Shown: positions 25,468 to 39,593, counted from the first letter of the stretch. The stretch is DNA of 64,000 bases from Octopus sinensis (GCF_006345805.1 NC_043009.1:50902001-50966000); one strand, 5' to 3'. Translations and numbers: made by a program. The notes: generated by a model not told the origin, from the sequence alone.

Positions 25468-25935
25468 TGGCCTGAAATTTTGGAGGGGAGGGATCTAGTC
25501 GATTATATCGACTCAAAAACTCAACAGGTGCTCGTTTCATCAATCCCGAAAGGAAGTGAAAGGTTAAGTCGAGTTCGGCAGAATTTGAACTTACAACGTG
25601 AAGCCGAACGAAATGTCGCGAAGGATTTCACCTGACGCGTAACGATTCTGCGATCTCGCCGCTTTATCTTTATAATAACTACTTTTATAATAACTAGCTG
25701 GACCCGTGGAAAATTCACGGAAGACATAAAAAATTAAACATCTGTAAACAGTGTACAGTTTACTGAAATGTTTGTATATTATGAGCGTCTGTCTTTACGT
25801 TCTGAGTTCAAATTCTACCGAGATCGACTTTGCCTTTCGTCCTTTCGGGGTCGATAAATTAAGTATCAGTTGTCTACTGGGTCGATCTAATCAACTGACC
25901 TCCTCCCGACAAAAAACATCAGGCCTAGAAAAGTA
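25468..25935. mobile_element. Two degenerate family A SINEs in opposite orientation, separated by a Helitron 3' end (25694-25735, minus)
   Basis: SINE bodies at 25468-25665(-) and 25770-25935(+). Between them the minus strand reads ccgtg-aattttc-cacgg-gtccag-CTAG-t. Confidence 0.65.
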
Positions 25936-26091
25936 TATTGTGACAGTTACAGAATATAGAAAGTAATGTAACGCCAAGGACTATATAATCCAACCAAAAT
26001 ATCTCAGTTACACAAACGTAAATAGAATTGCTATCTAACCTTAAAATACATCGTACAAAACGAACGCCTTCACCACTCACTGTCTCTTTCA

Positions 26092-26130
<39 letters not shown>

Positions 26131-26245
26131 ACTCACTTTCTCACGTCCTCTGATACATTTAAAAGCACAAAACGGACGCTGTCACCACTCACTGTCTCTT
26201 TCACTCTCTCTTTCTCTCTTACTCACTCACTTTCTCTCTCACTCT

Positions 26246-26282
<37 letters not shown>

Positions 26283-27170
26283 TACTCCCTCTCTGTCCTC
26301 CTTTCTCTCGCTTTATAATTCTTTGAAGTGTGACGCACACAACAGGTACGTACAATAACGAAAAGTTAGCGCATTAATATTATTGATTATTGTTTTAACA
26401 CAAGGCTAACAGTTTCGAGGGTTGTAGGTTAGTCAGTTGCATTAACCCTTCCGTTTGAGTAGCACATTGTTTTATCGACGAGGAGAAGGTGACAGACAAA
26501 TTTGACCTCTACAAGATTTGAACTCAGAACGTAATGAGCCGGAACTAATCCTGTCAGACGCTCTATCAATTCTGCCAATCCGCCGCCCTAATAATGATAA
26601 TAATGATTTCTTTTGTCGCACGGGTGACAGATGACGAAGTCATTACAGGGAGTGGATAAAAGTGCTCCCCCGCGTGAGTTTGTTTGTGTGTGCGTGCGTG
26701 CGCGTGTGCATATTTGTATGTGTTGTGGAGGGGTGGATTGAAAACGAAAGAAAAAGAAAAGGAAGTGGGGCTTATACAGAGAATTCAATGACTACAGCAA
26801 CAATAACAGCTACAAAAAAAAAAAATGGAAAAACACGGTGGCGACAACTCGCATGAGAACAACAGCAACAATAACATTCTACGACGACAATGGTGACTCC
26901 AGCAACGAGAGGAACAACATTGTCAGCAAAAGATAAAAAAAAAAAAACGACAACAATAGCAGTAGCTACAGTGGCGGTGTTAGTGCGAGACTGTGTGAGC
27001 AGTCAGCTTTGCTAGAAAGGCCAGCTAAATTTCCTTTAAGTTGCACATTACTTTCCGATAGAAAGGACACATTTGACACATACTCCAAAACAAGATTTGG
27101 CGGTCGCGGCTGGAATGCCTTTGATCGTACGTCGGTTCGATCATGACGGCTAAATAACATCGACGACAAT

Positions 27171-27228
<58 letters not shown>

Positions 27229-27251
27229 ACTACTACTACTACTACTACTAA

Positions 27252-27282
<31 letters not shown>

Positions 27283-27292
27283 TCTGCTCCTG

Positions 27293-27328
<36 letters not shown>

Positions 27329-27715
27329 GGTTAATGAGAGAAGAGTTGGAAGTCTTCGACGTAGATCATTCGAGTTGTTGATCAAGAAACATAGGCAGAT
27401 TGTGGTCAAACTCAACTGATGTAAAAAGATCAAAATAATAGCAAAATTGACCTTCGTCCAAATACGACCAAATTCCAGAATGTATTTTATCGGATGGATG
27501 GACAGTAGCCCGAAGCTGTTAGTTTGTAAGTGCTGGATATTTGACTGACCAGCTGTTCTTGCTGAGGAAAAAAAAACAACAAAAACGAAAAAAGTAAAAC
27601 GAATGAGTATGGAACAGTAATTTACTGTGAATGAGGGAATGAATGACGGTGGAGTAGTAGGAGGGGGCAGGGTAAGTGAGTGAATGAGTCAATGTGTTCT
27701 CACCTTTATTAGAAA

Positions 27716-27950
27716 CTAGCAGAGATACCCGGCGTTGCCCGTGTTACATACAATTGAAGAATTAGACTTTTCTTTTATATTTTCTCTAATGAACTGGAAT
27801 ATCTATGTTTCGAATTTCATCAAAATTGCAGATGAGGGTTATTTCCCTCTTTACACCCCCACCCAAAATAAATTGTAATCGTGCCACATATATCCCATAC
27901 TACTGATTTTTATGCGCATATTCCAAAATTCCATTCTTATTGAACCTGTT
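27716..27950 (-). mobile_element. Helitron 3' fragment related to 476-983
   Basis: Reverse complement cgggcaacgccgggtatctctgCTAGt is near-identical to the 3' end at 955-984. Confidence 0.7.
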
Positions 27951-28096
27951 AAAAAGATTTTTGCTCCTGAAAAACGAAGGTCATTTGAGAAGGCCCCTTA
28001 AGATTTGGCGGTCGCGGCTGGAATGCCTTTGATCATACGTCGGTTCGATCATGACGGCTAAATAACATCGACGACAATTACTACTACTACTACTAC

Positions 28097-28138
<42 letters not shown>

Positions 28139-28144
28139 GTAGGT

Positions 28145-28195
<51 letters not shown>

Positions 28196-28298
28196 GTTAA
28201 TGAGAGAAGGTGTTGTGCGTGTATACACACACACATACACACCACACATACGTTTTGCAAAGTTTAACAGAGATAGAGCGAATGGGTGACAAAGATAT

Positions 28299-28341
<43 letters not shown>

Positions 28342-28359
28342 AAGAGAGAGAGAGGAAGA

Positions 28360-28397
<38 letters not shown>

Positions 28398-28634
28398 AAG
28401 AGAGGGAGGGAGAAGCGGAGGGAGGGATTTCGGTGAACATCCCCATCCATGAGTCTGTTTAACGCAAACTATATCACAGCAACAGATCACAGACCGGAAA
28501 CGGGGGAAGAGAGGGTAAAAGGGGAGGGTAAGAGATGGGGAATGGTTAGAGGAATCTAGAATGATGAATTGTCTGCCCTTTTGAAACAGTACAACAATAA
28601 TAAAACAACTAAAACAGACATACAGACAGGCATA

Positions 28635-28636
28635 TA

Positions 28637-28669
<33 letters not shown>

Positions 28670-29202
28670 CATACGTACATACATACATACATACTTACAA
28701 ACATACACACACAGACATGTATGCATGCATGCATACATACATACATACATACATACATACATACATACATACTTACAAACATACTTGCACACATACATGT
28801 ATGCATGCATACATACATACATACATACTTACACACATACATGTATGCATGCATACATATATACATACATACTTACAAACATAGTTACACACATACATGT
28901 ATACATACATATACATACATACATACTTACACATATATCTTGCACATATACATACATACATATATGCCGATACATACATACACATACATACATCATGCAT
29001 ACATACATACATACATACATACATACATACATACATACATACATACATACATACATACATACATACATACATACATACATGCATGCAGACGGACAGATAT
29101 GTAGTATGATAAATAGTTATACTTACATATGCATACACACATACATACATACATACATACATACATACATACATACATACATACATACATACATACATAC
29201 AT
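28635..29202 (+). repeat. Degenerate (TACA)n microsatellite
   Basis: Direct inspection. Similar tracts at 34330-34875 and 55920-56600. Confidence 0.95.
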
Positions 29203-29649
29203 AATGCAGACGGATAGATATATAGTTTGATAAATAGATAAACAGACAGACAGGAAGACAGACACACAGACAGATAGACAAATAGACAAATATGTCAGAT
29301 TGATATTGAGCATTAATGAAAAACAAACGAAAGACATTAAACTTAGTCTCCATGACGACTAATTAATTAAGTTAGACCAGTTCCTAATTACTGTAATTTA
29401 TTTACATTCATGTGGTCTGTGATTGGTTGTGTTCCTTCCTGAACACTGGTTTCCCCACCATCTCCACCAACAAACGACTTCTGCCCCCCCCCAACCCACG
29501 ACCAACCACCCTTAAAAACCGCAATTCTACGAATTGATTTTGACTCCCGGATGAAGTATTTCCACAAAGCATGTTCTTAGAAATTTATTATTTCTATAAC
29601 GGTTGATTTGCACCTCTCACTCGCAGTGTTTTGCAGTGTTGTAGTTGCT

Positions 29650-30175
29650 GCTGCCACTGCTGCTGCTGCTGCTGTTGCTGTTGTTGATGTTGCTGCTACT
29701 GCTACTATGGTTTCTTCTTCTTCTTCTTCTTCTTCTTCTTCTTCTTCTTCTTCTTCTTCTTCGTCTTCTTCTTCTTTTTCTTCTTTTTCTCATTTTTCTT
29801 CTTCTTCTTCTTCTTCTTCTTCTTCTTCTTCTTCTTCCGTCTTCTTCGTCTTCTTCTTCTTCTTCTTCTTCTTCTTCTTTTTCTCTTCTTCTTCTTCTTC
29901 TTCTCCGTCTTCTTCGTCTTCTTCTTCGTCTTCGTTTTCTTCTTCTTCTTCTCCTTCTTCTTCTTCTTCTCTTTCTTCTTCTTCTCCTCCTTCTCCTTCT
30001 CCTTCTTCTTCTTCTTCTTCTTCTTCTTCTTCTCTTCTTCTTCGTCTTCGTCTTCGTCTTCTTCTTCGTCTTCTTCTTCTTCTTCTTCTTCTTCTTCTTC
30101 TTCGTCTTCTTCTTCGTCTTCTTCTTCTTCGTCTTCTCGGTCGTCATCGTCATCATAATCACCATCATCATCATT
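29650..30175 (+). repeat. Compound (CTG)/(CTT)/(CGT)/(CAT) trinucleotide tract
   Basis: Direct inspection. It is the source of the poly-S/L/K/E ORFs. Confidence 0.95.
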
Positions 30176-30878
30176 CTGCAAATGTGATCCGGAACTATAC
30201 TTTTGTTTACGAACCCTGTGTATGTGTGTGTATGTCTGCGTAAGTGTGTGTGTGCGTGGGTGTACGTCTTCGCAAGTGTGCGTATGTGCTTGTATATGTG
30301 TGTATGTTTGCGTATACTTTCGTACTTGTGTACGAGTGTGAATGTGTGTTTGTGTGTACTTGCGTACGTACTAGTGTATGCGTGTATCTGTGACTACGCG
30401 CGCGCAACAGCTTTTTCCCATTTTAAACTTCCCATACACAAAGCATTTGCCAAAAACGAAGATGTCTTCAGCCATGAACAATACACGTTTAAACCTTCTT
30501 CTTTAGCAGCATACGTCAAGCAACAACCGACTTCACCCATAAATCGTATTAAAAATAAACGGATGGATATACCCTTAAAGTCGATGAACAAATTGAAATA
30601 AGCAGTCCTAGTTACACAAACAGACGTGATGATCACAACTAGAACGTCTTTCAACCCAGATCCTCTCGATTGGAGTTGATAAGAGAATAAGCAATAACTA
30701 CACAAAAACAATGTTCTTAATTCCGAGTGGACTCGACTTTTGGGAAGCAAGCATTTTGGTTAGTGTTTTCGCTGTCAGTGAGAAAAATACGGCCTATTCT
30801 CTCCGATTGAATGTCTACAGTCGTATTCAATTAACCACCAGTTGCTTTCAGTAGTATTTTATTATATTGATCTTGAAA

Positions 30879-31625
30879 AGGCGGCGAGCCGGCAGAATCG
30901 TTAGCACGCCGGGCGAAATGCTTAGTGGTATTTCGTTTGTCTTTATGTTCTTGGTGGAGGTGCAATGGCCCAGTGGTTAGGGCAGCGGATTCGCAGTCTT
31001 AGGATCGCGGTTTCGACTCCCAGATCGGGCGTTGTGAGTGTTTATTGAGCGAAAACACCTAAAGCTCCACGAGGCTCCGGCAAGGGGTGGTGGTGAACCC
31101 TGCTGTACTCTCTCACCACAATTTTCGCTCTCTCTTTCTTCCTGTTTCTGTTGTACCTGTACTTCAAAGGGCCAGCCTTGTCACACTCTGTGTCACGCTG
31201 AATCCCCCGTGAACTTCGTTAAGGGTACACATGTCTGTGGAGTGCTTAACCACTTGCACGTTAATTTCACGAGTTGGCTGTTCCGTTGATCGGATCAACT
31301 GGAACAGTCGTCGTCGTAACCAAAGGCGTGCCATAAGAAACGTTCTGAGTTCAAATTTCGCCGAGGTCGACTTTGCCTTTCATCCTTCCGGGGTCGATAA
31401 ACTAAGTACCAGTTATGCACTGAGGTCGATATAATCGACTTAATCCGTTTGTCCGTCCTTGTTTGTCCTCTCTGTGTTTAGCCCCTTGTGGGTAGTAAAG
31501 AAATAGGTATTTCGTCTGCCGCTACGTTCTGAGCTCAAATTCCGCCGAGGTCGACTTGCCTTTCTTTCATTCGGGGTCGATAAATTAAATACCAGCTTCA
31601 GGCCTTGTGCCTATAGTAGAAACAA
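30879..31625 (+). mobile_element. Family A SINE (two body units) interrupted by another SINE
   Basis: Head at 30879-30951. The body resumes at 31341 (cgttctgagttcaaatttcgccgagg) and a second unit starts near 31505. Confidence 0.9.
30952..31339 (+). mobile_element. tRNA(Arg-like)-derived SINE nested in a family A SINE
   Basis: A-box TGGCCCAGTGG, TCG in the anticodon region, B-box GGTTTCGACTCC. TSD a(t/c)gttct at 30945-30951 and 31340-31346. Confidence 0.85.
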
Positions 31626-33929
31626 TTATATTGATCTCTGGTATTTGTACAATGCTATACATGTTAGAGGGTTATATTCACTTAATTTTTTTCAATAATA
31701 GTACTTATTTCATCGACATCAGAAAGGATCAAAGGTAAAAATGGAACCGCAGTCCATATGAATTCGAAGCTTAAAGAGCTGCCACTAAGAAAACATCTAG
31801 CATGAACGATAAACAAATAAACCTATTAAGAAAGTGTGACTGAAGGATTCCCCCATCGGTTTCGACGATGAATGTTCCAGTAGCTCAATGTTGCGGGGTA
31901 GACTTAGGCCATCACTTTGTTTAACACAATTACCTAGCCTATAGGAGACATCTAGCAGAGTCCAGTCTATTGCAAGCTTTCATGCCGAATCTCTAGTTTG
32001 AGGATATGTTTCCCTCTTCATCCCACCGGTTTCTGGAACCCTATAAAGGGTCAAATGAGTCATATTGCCTACGCTCCCGAATAAAAGATGAAAGAAGGAA
32101 AAACAAAAGACTGAATTACCAATTGATTGGATTGTTATTGCAAGTGGCTGAGTATATCACAGAAACTTGTATGTTTAATGTAATGTTAAAGCAGCATCAA
32201 CGAAATATTGGAGTCAGGCCAATGTCTTGAACTGTTCATGAAATTTATCCGATGGGATTCCGTATAGTTTTTATCTACTTAATTCCACTTGATCCGAAGA
32301 GGACTACCTCTACGTAATCGCTTGATCTTCTATAAGCAGCAGTCAAAATATCCGCCTGATTGCACTATACTGTCTTAAAGGGGAGTACTTAGCATTGGAC
32401 AGTACTGTCAGGGATACATTAACAGATGAAAGGTCATTCTTAGAACTTACATGACCATACATAAGTCTTGTACGGTCAGAGATGACCTGAAACTAAACAA
32501 CAACAACAAAAAAATTGAACCACAGGGTAGTCGAGATGGGAAATATCTTGGTCTGCGATCTGCTCTATCAAGGACGACACGGGCTTCCCACCACCACCAC
32601 CACCACCACCACCACCAACAACAACAACATTCTAACATTCTGCATCTTATCATGAGGCATATAATTGCTACATCCAATTCCTTTTTCTAAAACAGTAGGT
32701 TGTGAGAGCAAGGGTATTTAGCTGCTACTTCTAACAGGCAGTACGACTTCATAGAGGCTCCTCGTTGCGGTTTGTCATTGATACGTTTGTTGTTGTTATT
32801 GTGACTGCTGGTGTTTTTGATATTGTTGTTTTTCTTATTGTTGCTCTTGTTGTTCCTGATGTTGTTATCGCTGTCGTTTGTTGTTGGTACGTCAACCGTG
32901 ATCCAGAGGCGTATGATCACATGCATTCCAACGAAGACTGTGGTGCATAATTAAAAGGAAATATGGCTGCTATTTCTAAAAGCTTCGGGGACCACAGAAA
33001 GGACTTCTTCGCTGACTCATTAATAATATCCATATACATTAATTACTGCTGAGTAATTTATTCAATGTGCTGGAATGTTTAAGGTTTGTCCATCTACCGC
33101 TTAACCGGACCTCGCAAACGATTCTCTCATTAAATTACCTCCCTTGATTTGATGCCTCAGCAACAGCAAAACATCATCAGACATACCCACGGATCTAAAA
33201 GTCATGCCGACCTCAAAGGGGTGGATCAGGATTGAACTGTTAAACGCGATAATGTAATTCTCTTTGTTGTTTAGTGACGTAAATGAAAATTAGAATTGTT
33301 TATCAATTTTTAATTCAAACGTAACAAAGATACATTAATATGTTAGGATAATTGCTTATGTGAGTGCGTTTATCTTATTTATGTATTTATATTCTTGTAC
33401 GCACGCATCTCTGTTAGCTCATTTCGCTCCATCTTCCCCCCACTGTCTCTTTAACTACCCCCCTCTTTCTCACCCTCACTTTATATATGTGTATATATAA
33501 ATACACACACACGTACTGTGTATGTATGTATGTATATATAATAACAATTTAACAAATAAAACATATGCATACATACCTACATCTATATGTATACATACAT
33601 GCATATGACAACCACCGTTATATATGTTTTGTTTTTTCATTACTGTTTTCAATTTCGTTTTCGTCTCTTGTATTCACATCCGTCTTGTGCGTTCACATTC
33701 CTGTCTTCTACCAAGATATCTAATGCTTACAGCTTAGTTTTTTTTTCTTGGGGCTGGCCGAGTTGGAGCAAATATCAGAATGAACAGCCGAAAATTTGCT
33801 CTATGATGATTCGGTGTCTGACTGAAGATTGAAGGCTTCGAATGATTTGTCTGTGTTCCGTGTTCGTCCCTTCCTGTATTTCACGTTCATTATATATAAA
33901 AACATTCATTTATATATATATATATATAT

Positions 33930-34110
33930 ATGAGTACAGGACACCACAAATAAACGTAGAACACAACGAGAAACGAAAACGTAAAACCAAACAAGGAAAC
34001 GGACTTTTTTTTACAACGAAAAAACAGAGTACACGACAACCAACACAAGGAATATTCCCCTTCATCAGCTGCCCCTGGTTCGAGTCAACGCGTGTTTCGA
34101 AGGTAAGGGC
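33930..34110 (-). mobile_element. Short dispersed repeat (PLE-end-like, family Y); second copy at 40470-40660
   Basis: tgagtacaggacacc...acaacgagaaacgaaaacgtaaaa...ccttcatcag is shared by both copies, and each abuts (TA)n. Confidence 0.55.
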
Positions 34111-34875
34111 AGATACCCACACATATACACATATGCACGTCTGTGTATATGTGTGTGTGTGTATGTGTGTGTGTGTGCACGCGCGTGTGTATGTACGCAT
34201 GAATATGTATTTTTACATTTATGTATGTGTGTGTCTATATGCTTATGTAATGGGTGTATGAATAAAAATGTATATCTATCTATCTATTTTTGTCTCTGTG
34301 TATATATACATACATATACATATACTTTTATACATACGTACAAATATTACATACATGCATATATATTTCACGTATACATACATAAATACATACATACATA
34401 CACACACACATACATACATAAATACATACATACATACATACATACATACATACAAACATACATACATACATACATACATACATACATACATGCATGCATA
34501 CATACATACATGCATGCATACATACATACATACATACATACATACATACATACATACATACATACATACATGCATGCATACATACATACATACATACATA
34601 CATACATGCATGCATACATACAAATACATACATACCATACATGCATGCATACATACATACATACATACATACATACATACATACATACATACATACATAC
34701 ATCATTCATTCATACATACATACATACATACATACATACATGCATGCATGCATACATACATACATACATACATACATACATGCAATGCATGCATACATAC
34801 ATACATACATACATACATACATACATACATACATACATACATACATACATACATACATACATGCATGCATACATA

Positions 34876-35281
34876 CAAGACGCTCGACCTTTATTCTCTA
34901 GAAAAACGACGACGCCGTGGTGATCTCATTCTTGCTCACAACATCATAAGCGGAAAGCGTAATCTCTCGAAAGAGCTGTTCTTCACTCCTGCTCCAGAGC
35001 GTCGGCTGCGGGGTCACTCCGAAAAGCTCTATCTGCGACGATTTCATCTCAATCGAAGGAGAGGGGCATTCTCCGTCCGGGTTGCGGATCCGTGGAATAA
35101 GCTGCCGGACGAGATAGTGAAGATGCCGACGACCGCTCGGTTCAAAGTCTCTCTTGACCAGAAATGGCTCGAACTCTTTGCATGAACGCCCTCCCTGTAC
35201 ATAACTCCATGTCCCCGTACATGGCCTTGCTTTTTGCTTTTTGAGCCAAAAAATTAACTTAACTTAACTTAACTTAACTAA
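34876..35281 (+). mobile_element. CR1 LINE 3' end with (TTAAC)n tail
   Basis: LDLYSLEKRRRRGDLI...LRGHSEKL...FSVRVADPWNKLP...* (stop at 35185), a short 3' UTR, and (TTAAC)5 at 35254-35280. Confidence 0.92.
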
Positions 35282-36351
35282 ATCTGTTACCTAACCTTTT
35301 ACCTCTTTCAGCATTTCAGTCATAAGACTGTAGCGATACTTGGGCGACGCCTTGAAGAGACTTGAGTCGACATCAGCAATTTTTTTTGTGTGATTAACCC
35401 TGGTACTTATTCTATTGTTCGCTTTTTGCCAAACCGGCAATTATTCTTAATATTCTTAAAATACTTGCTTATTAATTATTATTAACATCATTATAATTTT
35501 ATTGGAGAAAACATCGAGATGGCAGAACCGTTAGCACGACAAACAAATTACGTCGTGGCCGAGTTCTCTCGTCCTTTCGGGGCCAATGAATTAAGTAACG
35601 GTTAAGCATTAACATCGATGTACTCTATTAGCCTTTTCCTAAAAATTTTAGGCCTTGTGTCTATTGTGGAAAAGATTATTATTTATTTCCAGATGTTTTT
35701 ACCGACTGCAAATTGTGACAACAGAAGAAAATGTTTATTCTGTGCAGTGTCTCGTAGAATTGAAGACTTTAACACCTATAAGTGGATTTACTACTTATTA
35801 CTGAAGAGATACACCACATAGGAATTCAATTAAATATTGAATGGAAAATTTCAAAGAAACTGGATCTTTGAATGACAAACTATGATCCGGGAGGTCACGA
35901 ATCAGTGTGCAGTCTTTGATTGTTACCCAGGGAACATTATTTGATAAGAAAAGATAGGAAGAAAATCGTTACCGAGAGCATCTGTCGGTTTTACCATGAA
36001 AAGTGCACAAGATTCTGAAACTGAAGAATGCCGAAAATGAAAGAAAAAAAAATAAAAGAAATAAAAATAATCATCATGGAAACGAAAAGTTATTGAAAGT
36101 TGCTTCACATTCCAAATAAAATCGAACTAACAAATGTCTTAGGAAAAAATTTTAGGGGCAAGATGATGATCAACGAAACTTTTTGTGAAGTTTTGAACGG
36201 TAGGAAATGAAGTGGTTTTATTATATAACAAGGTGTAATGACAAGCTACATTTAGTTATGGTTATGTAAGTTACAAGGAAGCAGACACAACAACATGAGT
36301 CATGGAGTTCTATATAACACACACATCACACAAGCACGCACATTCATATAC

Positions 36352-36385
<34 letters not shown>

Positions 36386-36389
36386 TTCT

Positions 36390-36710
36390 ATCTGACTTCA
36401 TGACCGAGGTACCGTGGTCTTTCCGTAGGCTTTTCTTTTCACGGGTAAACCTCACGTCCTCCCCTTTACACTTCATATTGACATTTCTGTTTACGATCCC
36501 TATTGATCAACTTTTTTCCCTCTCCCCTTCCTTTTCTTTTTTCCCTCTCCCCCTTTTTTTTAAAAAATCCTTCCTTTTTTTGTCCTCTTTCATTCCTTTT
36601 ACGATCCCTTTTGATCGAAAACCAACCCCTTTTTTTTTACCCCAAAAGAAAAGCTCTACCTTGTAATTGTTCTGTCTGTGTGCAGCCCTGTGTGGCTAAT
36701 AAAGAAACTT
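36390..36710 (+). mobile_element. 3'-UTR-only copy of the Tx1/L1 element at 37000-39210
   Basis: gaccgagg(t)accgtggtc...gcagccctgtg(t)ggctAATAAAgaaa is homologous to 38895-39210. (TATC)n lies on both sides. Confidence 0.9.
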
Positions 36711-36789
36711 ATCTATCTATCTATCTATCTATATATCTATATCTATCTATCTATCTATCAATATCTATCTATCTATCTATCTATCTATA

Positions 36790-36987
36790 TGCGTGTGTGT
36801 ACCGTTGGCGATTTTTTTCCCTCTGTCTCCCTTCTCTGGATCTTTCCTTCTCCTATGTTTCCAACGAAGAGCTCCGCTCGAAACGTTAAACGTCCTTTCT
36901 TCCCTTCCTTCTGAGCGTCCAATAATACTATATTTGTTCCACGTCCTCGCGTTGTTGTGTTTTCTCCTGTGTTCATGTTTGGATTAA
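36790..36987 (+). mobile_element. PLE-end-like repeat (family Z) with degenerate minimal hammerhead at 36857-36891
   Basis: Homologous to 49465-49660(-). Reads GTTT-CCAACGA-A-GAGC(TCC)GCTC-GAAA-CG-TT-AAAC; core positions 4 and 5 deviate. Confidence 0.6.
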
Positions 36988-36999
36988 CTATCTATCTAT

Positions 37000-39210
37000 G
37001 GTGCTAGCCAAGAGGTTGGCGCTGTCATCGAGAAACTGGTCGACAAGGCGCAAAACATGCGCCGTGCCAGGCCGGACCATCCATGACAACCTCCATCTGA
37101 TGCGCTACATCATAGGACAGGGTAGTTAACGAACCTGGCATGGTGGGGCCCTGATCAACTTGGATCAATCGAAAGCCTTGATAGGGTAGACCATCGATAC
37201 TTGGAGGCAGTCCTGAGAGCGGCTGGTTTCGGTCCCGTCTTCCGCGGCTGGATAGCTGCCTGTACAGAGGCATCCGTTCGGTAATTCGCGCGTAAATGGA
37301 CATCTATCGAGACTTTCGACATTGCACGTTCGGTCCGTCAGGGATGCCCCCTCTCGGCGCTTCTATACGTATTGACTCTTGAGCCAACTGCGGAAGCTGG
37401 CGACTCTAAGGGGCATCCCGCGAGAATGGGTGCGAGACGGGCGTGTCTGCATACGCGGACGACCGTCACCGTCATAGTGTCTAGCCACGAGCACATCGAG
37501 CTGGTCGGCGAGACACTGGAAAACTACGAAGCGGTGACAGGAGCGAAAATCACCCGGAAAAGTCAGTGGGCTTGCGACTAGGCACCTGGAGAAGCAAGCC
37601 CATGCCGTCCACCAGCGCCTCGTCGTGGGGACGCTGGACCGACGGCACGGTTGAGTTGCTCGGGGTCTGGTTCGGTCCGGACTCCAAGTGGAGAGAACTG
37701 GAACGAGATAACGAGTAGGGTGGTCACTCTCGCCCGGCAATGGGCCGAGAGGAAACTGTCCCTAAAAGGTCGAGCGGAGGTGGCGAACACGTACATCGCG
37801 TCCGTCATCTACTACCGCCTGACCGTCGTACCTTGTCCGACCCTACCATCACAAACTACAACGCATCCTCTTTCGCTTCTTGTGGAAAGGATGCGTCCGA
37901 TGGTCAGGCGATCCATTTGCTGTCAACACCCGTTAAAAGGAGGGCTGGGCATGCCGTGGTTGATGATGCGCAGACACGCGCTGAGACTGCGACATCTCTG
38001 GCTCTATGTAGACGACGTGAACAGGTGTGGTCGCCGTTTGTGAGGCACGCTTTCCCGCAGCTCGTCTCCATGACCGAACTGCAGTCGTGGATCAAAAAGA
38101 GGCCGAGGGGGCGAATGGCACCGCGAGTGTCGCGTTGCTCTCAAGCAACTCTGCCGTCCTGGGTCGACCTTAAAGTGACTTCAACACAACAAAGCATTCT
38201 ATAGGGGTAGTGGAGGGGAGGTACGACGACGAGCTCGGGCGGAACCTGGACGTCGACGAGGAGTACCTGACCCGCCGTTCGGGACGACTTTCGGGCCAGG
38301 GCCCATGGACAACTTCCAGAGATCCCTGGCCTGGCAGTGCTACCGAGAGCGCTTACCGTTCGGGATAAGCTCTACAGACACGGCTCGAGAAACACGGGGC
38401 CGACCTGCCCGAGATGCGGTCAGAGCGACGTAACCGTTCTGCACGCACTCGTTCAGTGTCCAACAATTTCCGACCTGTGGGCTTATGTCGAACAACTGCT
38501 GTCACGTGTGGGACGAGTCGGTTTATCAGCTGAGTCTATCGTCAATATTGTCACGCCTCCTTCCTTCAAACGGGAAGGAAGAGCTATTTTCATCATCCTT
38601 GTGGCTATGGCGAAGAATGTATCTGGTGGACGCGTCTGAAAGGATTGGAGACAAACACTTTCCTCTCTGGTCAATCTCTCATCAACTTCTTCAAGTACCA
38701 CTTGAAAAGGAAAGTGAGAGTAGAGAGGCCGTTTTGTCTAGCGAATGTTTTAAAAAAAGATGGGTGAATGTAGCAAGAATGGCACGTATGATGACGAAGC
38801 CCACCTTGAGCATGGTCCTATGAATCCAGAAATCGAAAACAGAGAGTGCTTATTTGCAAAAAAAAAAAAGAAAAAAAAAAAAAAGAATATAAAAATGTGA
38901 CTTCATTGACCGAGGTTACCGTGGTCTTTTCGTAGGCTTTTCTTTCCACGGGTAACCTCACCTGTCCTCCCCTTTACACTTCATATTGCATTTCTGTGAT
39001 AACGATCCCTATTGATCAATTTTTTTTCCTCCCACCCCTTTTTTTTTTTTTTAACCCCATTTTTTGTCCTCTTTTCTCTCCTTGACGATCCCTTTTGATC
39101 GAAACTACCCTTCTTTTTTTTTTTTTTTTTTTTTTTAACCTTCAAAGAAAAGCTCTACCTTTTAATGTGTTCTATCTGTGTGCAGCCCTGTGTTGGCTAA
39201 TAAAGAAAAA
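37000..39210 (+). mobile_element. 5'-truncated Tx1/L1-clade LINE ORF2 (RT plus C-terminal Zn finger) and 3' UTR, frameshifted
   Basis: Across frames: GRTIHDNLHLMR, LINLDQSKA, VRQGCPLSALLYVL, SAYAD, CPRCGQSDVTVLHALVQC. AATAAA at 39199-39204, then a (TATC)/(TGTC) tail to about 39550. Confidence 0.92.
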
Positions 39211-39290
39211 TATCTATCTATCTATCTATCTATCTGTCTATCTGTCGATCTATCTATCTATCTATCTGTGATCTGTCTATCTATCTATCA

Positions 39291-39334
<44 letters not shown>

Positions 39335-39351
39335 GTCTATCTGTCTATCTG

Positions 39352-39425
<74 letters not shown>

Positions 39426-39498
39426 ATTGTCATATATCTATCTATCATCTATCTATCTATCTATCTGTCTATATGTTATCTATCTATCTATCTATCTA

Positions 39499-39552
<54 letters not shown>

Positions 39553-39593
39553 AATATGTGTGTGTGCCTGCGCGCGAGCATGTATGTAGATCC

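Noticed and set aside
26631-26673. 43-nt candidate exon between AG and GTGAGT
   Set aside because: No homology or partner exons; such signals are frequent by chance.
30394-30750. Overlapping ORFs on both strands in unique sequence
   Set aside because: No recognisable motifs, and the ends run into microsatellite.
34050-34100. Type II hammerhead reading (GAAA ... CTGATGA) in family Y, also at 40610-40660
   Set aside because: Stems I and III do not pair consistently in the two copies.
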